Assembly: GCA_027923505.1 (NCBI GenBank)
Contig: BROI01000026.1
Coordinates: forward strand, 1 to 64,000
DNA length: 64,000 bases
Direction of reading: 5' to 3'
From: Mayamaea pseudoterrestris
Lineage: Eukaryota
The notes beneath the pieces were generated by a model. The model did not search any database, was not told where the DNA came from, and saw nothing but the letters and a program-made list of their open reading frames with translations. Shown in pieces: positions 12,201-23,657 of this stretch. The stretch's first letter is position 1. The number at the start of each line of letters is the position of its first letter. Position numbers and translations under genes: made by a program.

Positions 12201-13729
12201 CAGAGAAACAATCGTCATCAAATGTTGTTTCTAAAAATACCTCTTTTTCTGGATTCCTTGACGATCTGTCGTCCGATTCCAGGGCTTCGAAATCGCACAA
12301 TTCACGGAGCAGCCATACGAAGGAGAAAGTAGCTAGAGATTCACGGACAGCTTCGTCTGCTACTCAGCCAGAATCATACGTTAGCGGCAACACTTTCGCT
12401 ACAAATCCAGTTGCCACTCCTTCTCCATCTCCTTCGTCAAGCAACTGGTTTACACCGTCGGCAGATTCAGATCCTAACTTATCTATAGAAAGAAGCGTTG
12501 GCATGGCCCCTTTGGTCAGAACTCCTTTGGTCCGTGAAGATCCGTATGTTGACGAGCAACTTGAAACTGCGATTATCGCGCTTCAGCACGAAATTGAACG
12601 ACTTTCAGATCAGCTTGCAGCACAAGGTGACGATATACAATCTCTGTTAATTCTCGGACGTAGTATGCGAGAGCAAGATGAAGATTATCGAGAGCAGGAA
12701 AACATTCGGCAACAAGAGAGGTTTGATGGAATGCACCGAGAGCTTGAAGGTCTTACCGGGCGCCTGGCACTACTGGAAGAAATCCAGCTAGAGTCTGAGC
12801 GCATAAAAGAAAGTATTGAAAATGTTGTCGACGCAAGCGATACGAAGATGCTAAACATGAATATATATGATTCACCGTCACCCAATGACGTACTCTATTT
12901 GAATGTTGGTGGCATGCCACTCGATGTCTTGCGAGGGACGCTGACATTCTTCCCCGACTCAATGCTGGCTCAAGAGTTTAGTGGGGAATGGGACGAAAGA
13001 CTCGTAAAAGACCATGAAGGTCGATTCATGGTCAACGAAGACCCAGAACTATTTGCCGAACTTGTCAACTACTTGCGCGATCAAGGCCGACGAGCAGATG
13101 ATAGGTTTATTGACCCACCAGGATTTAAGAACATCAATCAGCAGCAACGATTTCACCGGCTAGTTGATTCCTATGAATTGACAAAACATATGTATCGTTT
13201 CTCCGTTTGCACTGTCAGAGAAGATCCCCTTCCCGTCTCTTATCCAATATCAAATGCTCTGCTCATACCTGTAACAAACGACGAGGCCGATTTAAAGGAT
13301 TTTGTCTTGCAGCGAGATGGCAAGCATGCACGTAACGTCGATTCATTTGAGGTCGAGCTGGGAAGGGATACGTGTGGAGCCGTTGGGTGGTCAATATATG
13401 ACACGGATCGATTTGATGGATTCTGCTTTGACAACGAAGATCGCGTCGTTTTGGCAATTCTCTACATCTATCGGACTGGTCTGCAAGAGTCAATCTCTTT
13501 CCGTTTGGGAGATGTTACCCAAAGCATACCTACGAACGCGATAATTCGCGACAATGAGCCTGTACGGATCCGATGCGCTAATCGAGGTACCGAGTGGTAT
13601 GTCAACGATGTCCTGGTAGCGACAACGCCAGCAGTTCATCGAGCCTTAAGTTACAAGGTTGATGCAGCACCGTACGTGTCTTGCACCAAAGGGTCGATCT
13701 GCTTTACAGATCTTACGCTGGTTGCCTAG
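9290..13729 (+). CDS. Signal-peptide-bearing (probably plastid-targeted) Ser/Gly-rich repeat protein with 14 SYSGFPGxxWSP-type repeats, a coiled coil and a KCTD-type BTB/POZ domain; ~1479 aa
   Basis: Uninterrupted ORF with ATG at 9290 giving the hydrophobic N-terminus MKVSLAILFTLVTASSVGF. Repeats lie at ~10235-11885. Heptad segment LETAIIALQHEIERLSDQL. BTB signature LNVGG...TLT..PDSMLA..FSG.W.....DHEGRFMVNEDPELF..LVNYLR. Confidence 0.88.
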   Translation: MKVSLAILFTLVTASSVGFSSSSRRPLQQRRNDNQKPFWNTPITDSSISARIPKSALYIGMSYLETLKTNEEGDSNQRSSNNDRYKAPSVDVGSSNDYLSALAASQKSASSSKPKTVSSGSPAGDYLGAMSSPKTNGSNNDGGSGSGSKLQRVLSFIGKTGIASTESNETPKSSPAARDDYFRSMSSSSQQSTTASESSSNESASANKRQQQQRSDDPGKFKRVLGYLGNKMKAAYDYSSDEEAGEKDMNGLSATFPSTRSSRSSALEPSNDKTDSNSRLSSSVLTSPSTDYVTAMSGGSSSAAGSEAKPAPAAASYSGFPGAAWSPGGGGGGGGGSNDASNSHSSKSSDNKSTEPKASSSYSGFPGAAWSPGASTTSNSVSSSSSSSKSTSSTAPKKSSYSGFPGAAWNPGASGGDETSSEQASSGSQGYESTSSAANEPKKASYSGFPGSAWNPGSGGDSSGSNGVNSNGTPSSSSTKEAEKASYSGFPGSAWSPGGGGDASHSGTSSSKSDSKYGLTLSPSTDSKKNSYSGFPGAAWSPNTAGNVPSSADTYKPPVDRSSYNAGSSSASHPAKASYSKPGSDWSQNQPSSFAPSMEDSRSSYSSTTMPLNDIKQTASYSGLPGSDWAPDASNSEASTVDNSRNSYSTAPKSTSSYSGFPGSAWSPGSSTSSTPAVDNSRSGYSAESTQSRDIKDTSYSGFPGSTWSPGDLGSSSTTDQVSAKGSYNSAAKSSANQSKSASYSGFPGSTWSPGSSSSSSNQESVHDESKEKLSPPSQASYSGFPGAAWSFGGTINAGSQDVPSNKIGQEGSSTYSGFPGSSWSPAHGNGSSGSTQQSSGSKKAALSQPSKPSYSGFPGAAWSSGNASNSRNDGRERRNDVVDQSSARIPSWVSNDRQPLEKDRTNQNLSSLDTQGPVWNASPKSVPSHGKLAHSLNVPDTKHYFSGFLEELSGEDSSSEYDQREKLPSAEKQSSSNVVSKNTSFSGFLDDLSSDSRASKSHNSRSSHTKEKVARDSRTASSATQPESYVSGNTFATNPVATPSPSPSSSNWFTPSADSDPNLSIERSVGMAPLVRTPLVREDPYVDEQLETAIIALQHEIERLSDQLAAQGDDIQSLLILGRSMREQDEDYREQENIRQQERFDGMHRELEGLTGRLALLEEIQLESERIKESIENVVDASDTKMLNMNIYDSPSPNDVLYLNVGGMPLDVLRGTLTFFPDSMLAQEFSGEWDERLVKDHEGRFMVNEDPELFAELVNYLRDQGRRADDRFIDPPGFKNINQQQRFHRLVDSYELTKHMYRFSVCTVREDPLPVSYPISNALLIPVTNDEADLKDFVLQRDGKHARNVDSFEVELGRDTCGAVGWSIYDTDRFDGFCFDNEDRVVLAILYIYRTGLQESISFRLGDVTQSIPTNAIIRDNEPVRIRCANRGTEWYVNDVLVATTPAVHRALSYKVDAAPYVSCTKGSICFTDLTLVA

Positions 13730-13788
13730 TCATTTCTTTGTTCAATGCTATGGGTATCAGTATGGCATAATGGCGACCATAATATACA

Positions 13789-14183
13789 CAGGGTGACCAC
13801 AATGTTATCAGGACACATTTTTATTTTGTTAATCTCTCAGAAGTACATTTTAGATACGCATGTGTAATGACCAACTCATAGTGCGTTCAATGGCAATCGA
13901 GAACCAAGGAAACCGGGCCGCTTACACAGTTGATAATTTACTCGTACAAAGGTAAAACAAATTCAAATTTTGGCAAGAACATGCTGTATTGCTCAATCTA
14001 TGTTGACGCTTTGACTCGCTTCATTACCCTTTTGTGGTGGCATCATCATGCCAAACGCGACGGACTTAAAAAATTTCCAAATGCCTAATTGGAGAAATCT
14101 GTTGCTGGCAAATGCTAAACAATTCTCCCAAAAGAACAACCGGCATTAAGAATTGTGAATGTGCCTGGTAAGAACTTTTCACC
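13789..14183. mobile_element. Possible degenerate MITE-like element abutting satellite B
   Basis: 13789-13819 CAGGGTGACCACAATGTTATCAGGACACATT is a loose inverted match to 14158-14183 AATGTGCCTGGTAAGAACTTTTCACC. CAGGGTG resembles Tc1/mariner-type ends. No clear TSD. Confidence 0.22.
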
Positions 14184-17100
14184 AAATCACACCAGAATGG
14201 TGCCACCATCAATATTCAGGCTGCGCCACAAGATGGTATGCTTGGCTGGTGTCTCAGAAGACTGCAATGTAACTGGTGACAACTTGTCACCAGTCTCAGC
14301 CCCCTGATGCCTTGACATTCAAACCCCCCTACAGCAAGCCATGTCTACACCCAAATCACACCAGAATGGTGCCAACAACATTATTTAGACTGCGCTACAA
14401 GATGGTATGCCTGGCTGGTGTCTCAGAAGACTGCAATGATATCGGTGACAACTTGTCACCAATCTCCGCCGCAGATGCCGTGACATTCAAACGCTCCTAC
14501 AGCAAGCCATGTATACACCCATATCATACCAGAATGGTGCCAACAACATTTTTTAGACTGCGCTACAAGATGGTATGCTTGGCTGGTGTCTCAGAAGACT
14601 GCAATGTGATTGGTGACAACTTGTCACCAGTCTCAGCTCGCAGATGCCGTGACATTCAAACGCCCCTACAGCAAGCCCTGTAGGTGCCCAAAATACACCT
14701 GAAATGTGGCAAATTCATTATTCAGGCTGCGCTACAAGATGGTAGGCTTGGCTGGTGTCTCAGGGGATGGCAATGTATCTGGTGACAACTTGTCACCAGT
14801 CTCAGCCCGCAGATGCCGTGACATTCAAACGCCCCTACAGCAAGCCCTGTAGGTGCCCAAAATACACCAGAATGGTGCCAACATCATTATTCAGGCTGCG
14901 CTACAAGATGAAATGCTTGGCTGGTGTCTCAGAAGACTGCAATGATATTGGTGACAACTTGTCACCAGTCTCAGCCCCCAGATGCCGTGACATTCAAACG
15001 CCCTTACAGCAAGCCATGTATACACCCAGATCACACCAGAATGGTGCCAACATCATTATTCAGGCTGCGCTGCAAGATGGTTGGATTGACTGGTGTCTCA
15101 GGGGATGGCAATGTATTTAGTGACAACTTGTCACCAGTCTCAGCCCGCAGATGCCGTGACATTCTAATGCCCCTACAGCAAGCCCTGTAGGTGCCCAAAA
15201 TACACCAGAAATGTGCCGACATCATTATTCAGGCTGCGCAACAAGATGGTAGACTTGGGTGGTGTCTCAGATGACTGCAATGATATTGGTGACAACTTGT
15301 CACCAGTCTCAGCCCCCTGATGCCGTGACATTCAAACGCCCCTACAGCAAGCCATGTCTACACCCAAATCACACCAGAATGGTGCCAACATCATTATATA
15401 GATTGCGCTACAAGATGGTATGCCTGGCTGGTTTCTCAGAAGACTGCAATGTGATTGGTGACAACTTGTCACCAGTCTCAGCTCGCAGATGCCATGACAT
15501 TCAAACGCCCCTACAGCAAGCCCTGTAGGTGCCCAAAATACACCAGAATGGTGCCAACATCATTATTCAGGCTGCGCTACAAGATGGTAGGCTTGGCTGG
15601 TGTCTCAGGGGATGGCAATGTATTTGGTGACAACTTGTCACCAGTCTCAGCCCGCAGATGCCATTACATTCAAACGCCCCTACAGCAAGCCCTGTAGGTG
15701 CCCAAATCACACCAGAATGGTGCCAACATCATTATTCAGGCTGCGCTACAAGATGAAATGCTTGGCTGGTGTCTCAGAAGACTGCAATGATATTGGTGAC
15801 AACTTGTCACCAGTCTCAGCCCCCAGATGCCGTGACATTCAAACGCCCCTACAGCAAGCCCTGTAGGTGCCCAAATCACACCAGAATGGTGCCAACATCA
15901 TTATTTTGACTGCGCTACAAGATGGTATGCCTGGCTGGTTTCTCAGAAGACTGCAATGTGATTGGTGACAACTTGTCACCAGTCTCAGCTCGCAGATGCC
16001 GTGACATTCAAACGCCCCTACAGCAAGCCCTGTAGGTGCCCAAAATACACCAGAATGGTGCCAACATCATTATTCAGGCTGCGTTACAAGATGGTTGGCT
16101 TGGCTGGTGTCTCAGGGGATGGCAATGTATTTGGTGACAACTTGTCACCAGTCTCAGCCCGCAGATGCCGTGACATTCAAACGCCCCTACAGCAAGCCCT
16201 GTAGGTGCCCAAAATACACCAGAAATGTGCCAACATCATTATACAGGCTGCGCTACAAGATGAAATGAATGGCTGGTGTCTCAGATGACTGCAATGATAT
16301 TTGTGACAACTTGTCACCAGTCTCAGCCCCCTGATGCCGTGACATTCAAACGCCCCTACAGCAAGCCATGTATACACCCAAATCACACCAGAATGGTGCC
16401 AACATCATTATTTAGACTGCGCTACAAGATGGTATGCCTGGCTGGTTTCTCAGAAGACTGCAATGTGATTGGTGACAACTTGTCACCAGTCTCAGCTCGC
16501 AGATGCCGTGACATTCAAACGCCCCTACAGCAAGCCCTGTAGGTGCCCAAAATACACCAGAAATGTGGCAAATTCATTATTCAGGCTGCGCTACAAGATG
16601 GTAGGCTTGGCTGGTGTCTCAGGGGATGGCAATGTATCTGGTGACAACTTGTCACCAGTCTCAGGCCGCAGATGCCGTGACATTCAAACGCCCCTACAGC
16701 AAGCCCTGTAGGTGCCCAAAATACACCAGAATGGTGCCAACATCATTATTCAGGCTGCGCTACAAGATGGTAGGCTTGGCTGGTGTCTCAGGGGATGGCA
16801 ATGTATTTGGTGACAACTTGTCACCAGTCTCAGCCCCCAGATGCCGTGACATTCACACGCCCTTACAGCAAGCCATGTATACACCCAGATCACACCAGAA
16901 TGGTGCCAACATCATTATTCAGGCTGCGCTACAAGTTGGTTGGATTGACTGGTGTCTCAGGGGATGGCAATGTATTTAGTGACAACTTGCCACCAGTCTC
17001 AGCCCGCAGATGCCGTGACATTCAAACGCCCCTACAGCAAGCCCTGTAGGTGCCCAAAATACACCAGAATGGTGCCAACATCATTATTCAGGCTGCGCTA

Positions 17101-20100
17101 CAAGATGGTAGGCTTGGCTGGTGTCTCAGGGGATGGCAATGTATTTGGTGACAACTTGTCACCAGTCTCAGCCCGCAGATGCCATGACATTCAAACGCCC
17201 CTACAGCAAGCCATGTATACACCCAAATCACACCAGAATGGTGCCAACATCATTATTCAGGCTGCGCTACAAGATGAAATGCTTGGCTGGTGTCTCAGAA
17301 GACTGCAATGATATTGGTGACAACTTGTCACCAGTCTCAGCCCCCAGATGCCGTGACATTCAAACGCCCCTACAGCAAGCCCTGTAGGTACCCAAATCAC
17401 ACCAGAATGGTGCCAACATCATTATTTAGACTGCGCTACAAGATGGTATGCCTGGCTGGTCTCTCAGAAGACTGCGATGTGATTGGTGACAACTTGTCAC
17501 CAGTCTCAGCTCGCAGATGCTGTGACATTCATATGCCCCTACAGCAAGCCCTGTAGGTGCCCAAAATAAGCCAGAATGGTGCCAGCATCATTATTCAGGC
17601 TGCGTTACAAGATGGTTGGCTTGGCTGGTGTCTCAGGGGATGGCAATGTATTTGGTGACAACTTGTCACCAGTCTCAGCTCGCAGATGCCGTGACATTCA
17701 AACGCCTCTACAGCAAGCTCTGTAGGTGCCCAAAATACACCAGCAATGTGGCAACATCATTATTCAGTATGCGCTACAAGATGGTAGGCTTGGCTGGTGT
17801 CTCAGGGGATGGCAATGTATTTGGTGACAACTTGTCACCAGTCTCAGCCCGCAGATGCCATGACGTTCAAACGCCACTACAGCGAGCCCTGTAGGTGCCC
17901 AAATTACACCAGAATGGTGCCAACATCATAATTCAGGCTGCGCTACAAGATTAAATGCTTGGCTGGTGTCTCAGAAGACTGCAATGTATTTGGTGACAAC
18001 TTGTCACCAGTCTCAGCCCGCAGATGCCATGACATTCAAACGCCCCTACAGCAAGCCCTGTAGGTGCCCAAAATACACCAGAATGGTGCCAACATCATTA
18101 TTCAGGAGGCGCTACAAGATGGTAGGCTTGGCTGGTGTCTCAGGGGATGGCAATGTATTTGGTGACAACTTGTCACCAGTCTCAGCCCGTAGATGCCATG
18201 AATTTCAAACACCCCTACAGCGAGCCCTGTAGGTGCCCAAATCATACCAGAATGGTGCCAATACCATTATATAGACTGCTCTACAAGATGGTATGCCTGG
18301 CTGGTGTCTCGGAAGAGTGCAATGTGATTGGTGACAACTTGTCACCAGTCTCAGCCCGCAGATGCCGTGACATTCAAACGCCCCTACAGCAAGCCCTGTA
18401 GGTGCCCAAAATACACCAGAAATGTGACAACATTATTATTCAGGCTTCGCTACAAGATGGTAGGCTTGGATGGTGTCTCAGGGGATGGCAATGTATTTGG
18501 TGACAACATGTCACCAGTCTCAGCTCGCAGATGCCGTGACATTCAAACGCCCCTACAGCAAGCCCTGTAGGTGCCCAAAATACACCAGAATGGTGCCAAC
18601 ATCATTATTCAGGCTGCGCTACAAGATGGTAGGCTTGGCTGGTGTCTCAGGGGATGGCAATGTATTTGGTGACAACTTGTCACCAGTCTCAGCCCGCAGA
18701 TGCCGTGACATTCAAATGCCCCTACAGCAAGCCCTGTAGGTGCCCAAAATACACCACAATGGTGCCAACATCATTATTCAGGCTGCGCTACAAGATGGAA
18801 GGCTTGGCTGGTGTCTCAGGGGATGGCAATGTATTTGGTGACAACTTGTCACCAGTCTCAGCCCGCAGATGCCATGACATTCAAACGCCCCTACAGCAAG
18901 CCCTGTAGGTGCCCAAATCACACCAGAATGGGGCCAACATCATTATTTAGACTGCGCTACAAGATGGTATGCCTGGCTGGTGTCTCGGAAGAGTGCAATG
19001 TGATTGGTGACAACTTGTCACCAGTCTCAGCCCGCAGATGCTGTGACATTCAAACGCCCCTACAGCAAGCCCTGTAGGTGCCCAAAATACACCAGAATGG
19101 TGCCAACATCATTATTCAGGCTGCGCTACAAGATGGTTGGCTTGGCTGGTGTCTCAGGGGATGGCAATGTATTTGGTGACAACTTGTCACCAGTCTCAGC
19201 TCGCAGATGCCGTGACATTCAAACGCCCCTACAGCAAGCCCTGTAGGTGCCCAAATCACACCAGAATGGTGCCAATACCATTATATAGACTGCTCTACAA
19301 GATGGTAGGCTTGGCTGGTGTCTCAGGGGATGGCAATGTATTTGGTGACAACTTGTCACCAGTCTCAGCCCGCAGATGCCGTGACATTCAAACGCCCCTA
19401 CAGCAAGCCCTGTAGGTGCCCAAAATACACCAGAATGGTGCCGACATCATTATTCAGGCTGCGCTACAATATGAAATGCTTGGCTGGTGTCTCAGAAGAC
19501 TGCAATGATATTGGTGACAACTTGTCACCAGTCTCAGCTCGCAGATGCTGTGACATTCATATGCCCCTACAGCAAGCCCTGTAGGTGCCCAAAATACACC
19601 AGAATGGTGCCAACATCATTATTCAGGCTGCGCTACAAGATGGTAGGCTTGGCTGGTGTCTCAGGGGATGGCAATGTATTTGGTGACAACTTGTCACCAG
19701 TCTCAGCCCGCAGATGCCGTGACATTCAAACGCCCCTACAGCAAGCCCTGTAGGTGCCCAAAATACACCAGAATGGTGCCAACATCATTATTCAGGCTGC
19801 GCTACAAGATGGAGCTTGGCTCAATGGCAATGTATTTGGTGACAACTTGTCACCAGTCTCAGCTCGCAGATGCCGTGACATTCAAACGCCCCTACAGCAA
19901 GCCCTGTAGGTGCCCAAAATACACCAGAATGGTGCCAGCATCATTATTCAGGCTGCGCTACAAGATGGTTGGCTTGGCTGGTGTCTCAGGGGATGGCAAT
20001 GTATTTGGTGACAACTTGTCACCAGTCTCAGCCCGCAGATGCCTTGACATTCAAACGCCCCTACAGCAAGCCCTGTAGGTGCCCAAAATACACCAGAATG

Positions 20101-23100
20101 GTGCCAACATCATTATTCAGGCTGCGCTACAAGATGGTATGCTTGGCTGGTGTCTCAGGGGATGGCAATGTATTTGGTGACAACTTGTCACCAGTCTCAG
20201 CCCGCAGATGCCGTGACATTCAAACGCCCCTACAGCAAGCCCTGTAGGTGCCCAAATCACACCAGAATGGGGCCAACATCATTATTTAGACTGCGCTACA
20301 AGATGGTATGCCTGGCTGTTGTCTCAGGGGATGGCAATGTATTTGGTGACAACTTGTCACCAGTCTCAGCTCGCAGATGCTGTGACATTCATATGCCCCT
20401 ACAGCAAGCCCTGTAGGTGCCCAAAATAAACCAGAATGGTGCCAGCATCATTATTCAGGCTGCGTTACAAGATGGTTGGCTTGGCTGGTAACTCAGGGGA
20501 TGGCAATGTATTTGGTGACAACTTGTCACCAGTCTCAGCTCGCAGATGCCGTGACATTCAAACGCCCCTACAGCAAGCTCTGTAGGTGCCCAAAATACAC
20601 CAGAAATGTGGCAACATCATCATTCAGTATGCGCTACAAGATGGTAGGCTTGGCTGGTGTCTCAGGGGATGGCAATGTATTTGGTGACAACTTGTCACCA
20701 GTCTCAGCCCGCAGATGCCATGACATTCAAACGCCCCTACAGCAAGCCCTGTAGGTGCCCAAAATACACCAGAATGGTGCCAACATCATTATTCAGGCTG
20801 CGCTACAAGATGGTATGCCTGGTTGGTTTCTCAGAAGACTGCAATGTGATTGGTGACAACTTGTCACCAGTCTCAGCTCGCAGATGCCGTGACATTCAAA
20901 CGCCCCTACAGCAAGCCCTGTAGGTGCCCAAAATACACCAGAATGGTGCCAACATCATTATTCAGGCTGCGCTACAAGATGGTAGGCTTGGCTGGTGTCT
21001 CAGGGGATGGCAATGTATTTGGTGACAACTTGTCACCAGTCTCAGCCGCCAGATGCCGTGACATTCAAACGCCCCTACAGCAAGCCCTGTAGGTGCCCAA
21101 AATACACCAGAATGGTGCCAACATCCTTATTCAGGCTGCGCTACGAGATGGTACACTTGGCTGGTGTCTCAGGGGATGGCAATGTATTTGGTGACAACTT
21201 GTCACCAGTCTCAGCCTGCAGATGCCGTGACATTCAAACGCCCCTACAGCAAGCCCTGTAGGTGCCCAAAATACACCAGAATGGTGCCAGCATCATTATT
21301 CAGGCTGAGTTACAAGATGGTTGGCTTGGCTGGTGTCTCAGGGGATGGCAATGTATTTGGTGACAACTTGTCACCAGTCTCAGCCCGCAGATGCCTTGAC
21401 ATTCAAACGCCCCTACAGCAAGCCCTGTAGGTGCCCAAAATACACCAGAATGGTGCCAACATCATTATTCAGGCTGCGCTACAAGATGGTAGGCTTGGCT
21501 GGTGTCTCAGGAGATGGCAATGTATTTGGTGACAACTTGTCACCAGTCTCAGCTCGCAGATGCCGTGACATTCAAACGCCCCTACAGCAAGCCCTGTAGG
21601 TGCCCAAAAAAACACAATAGAAATGTGGCAACATCATTATTTAGGCTGCGCTACAATATGTTAGGCTTGGCTGGTGTCTCAGGGGATGGCAATGTATTTG
21701 GTGACAACTTGTCACCAGTCTCAGCCCGCAGATGCCGTGACATTCAAACGCCCCTACAGCAAGCCCTGTAGGTGCCCAAAATACACCAGAAATGTGCCAA
21801 CATCATCATTCAGGCTGCGCTACAAGATGGTAGGCTTGGCTGGTGTCTCAGGGGATGGCAATGTATTTGGTGACAACTTGTCACCAGTCTCAGCTCGCAG
21901 ATGCCGTGACATTCAAACGCCCCTACAGCAAGCCCTGTTTACACCCAAATCACACCAGAATGGTGCCAACATCATTATTCAGGCTGCGCTACAAGATGGT
22001 ATGCCTGGCTGGTTTCTCAGCAGACTGCAATGTGATTGGTGACAACTTGTCACCTGTCTCAGCCCGCAGATGCCATGACATTCAAACGCCCCTACAGCAA
22101 GTCCTGTAGGTGCCCAAAATACACCAGAATGGTGCCAACATCATTATTCAGGCTGCGCTACAAGATGGTGTGCTTGGCTGGTGTCTCAGGGGATGGCAAT
22201 GTATTTGGTGACAACTTGTCACCAGTCTCAGCCCGCAGATGCCGTGACATTCAAACGCCCCTACAGCAAGCCCTGTATACACCCAAATCACACCAGAATG
22301 GTGCCAACATCATTATTCAGGCTGCGCTACAAGATGGTATGCCTGGCTGGTTTCTCAGCAAACTGCAATGTGATTGGTGACAACTTGTCACCAGTCTCAG
22401 CTCGCAGATGCCGTGACATTCAAACGCCCCTACAGCAAGCCCTATAGGTGCCCAAAATACACCAGAATGGTGCCAACATCATTATTCAGTCTGCGCTTGG
22501 TAGGCTTGGCTGGTGTCTCAGGGGATGGCAATGTAGTTGGTGACAACTTGTCACCAGTCTCAGCCCGCAGATGCCGTGACATTCAAACGCCCCTACAGCA
22601 AGCCCTGTAGGTGCCCAAAATACACCAGAATGGTGCCAACATCATTATTCTGGCTGCGCTACAAGATGGTTGGCTTGGCTGGTGTCGCAGGGGATGGCAA
22701 TGTATTTGGTGACAACTTGTCACCAGTCTCAGCCCGCAGATGCCGTGACATTCAAACGCCCCTACAGCAAGCCCTGTAGGTGCCCAAAATACACCAGAAA
22801 TGTGCCAACATCATCATTCAGGCTGCGCTACAAAATAGTAGGCTTGGCTGGTGTCTCAGGGGATGGCAATGTATTTGGTGACAACTTGTCACCAGTCTCA
22901 GCTCGCAGATGCCGTGACATTCAAACGTCCCTACAGCAAGCCCTGCAGGTGCCCACAATACACCAGAATGGTGCCAACATCATTTTTCAGGCTGCGTTAC
23001 ACTACAAGATGGTAGGGTTGGCTGGTGTCTCAGGGGATGGCAATGTATTTGGTGACAACTTGTCACCAGTCTCAGCTCGCAGATGCCGTGACATTCAAAC

Positions 23101-23245
23101 GCCCCTACAGCAAGCCCTGTTTACACCCAAATCACACCAGAATGGTGCCAACATCATTTTTCAGGCTGCGCTGCAAGATGGTAGGCTTGGCTGGTGTCTC
23201 AGGGGATGGCAATGTATTTGGTGACAACTTGTCACTAGTCTCTCA
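14180..23245. repeat. Tandem satellite B, 169-bp monomer, ~53-54 copies
   Basis: TGGTGACAACTTGTCACCAGTCTCAG recurs every 169 bp. Alternative sub-variants: GGGGATGGCAATGTATT vs GAAGACTGCAATGATAT, and CCTGTAGGTGCCCAAAATA vs CATGTATACACCCAAATCA. Confidence 0.98.
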
Positions 23246-23657
23246 ATTGCCCATGCATAAGCACACAGTATGAGAAACTTCAATCTCACTGGACTTGTGT
23301 AGGGACACAATTGAGACACTACAGCACCACTGTACAAATTTAATAGTAGACGATAACTTTGATGTTTCTTTCTTCTAATAATGGAACGGAAACTTTGTAC
23401 TCTCACTGGACCTGCATAGTTCAGTGACAAGTGTAGTTTATTAACGTCAGGTTACTCAAGCAATACCTTTGCACGAAGTGCCAAGTAACAGCTTTCTGAA
23501 AAAAAAGGTAAATGAGTGCTATGTCAGCTCAAAATAGCCATCCGGTGCGATGGTGAAAGATGAGTGCTAAACCCTTTTAACTCCTGTTGCGACACGCAGG
23601 AGACTTGCGTGACGAGAGCGCAGCTCTTTCTTCCTCACTTTTGAATTCAATTCAACC

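Noticed and set aside
1..23245. CRISPR-like array suggested by regularly spaced palindromes
   Set aside because: The sequence between palindromes is near-identical rather than unique spacers, no cas genes are present, and the context is eukaryotic.
14276..23430. Recurrent 80-184 aa ORFs in satellite B
   Set aside because: 169 is not a multiple of 3 and stops recur each unit. The TSLFRLRY word faintly recalls primase but is too short to support.
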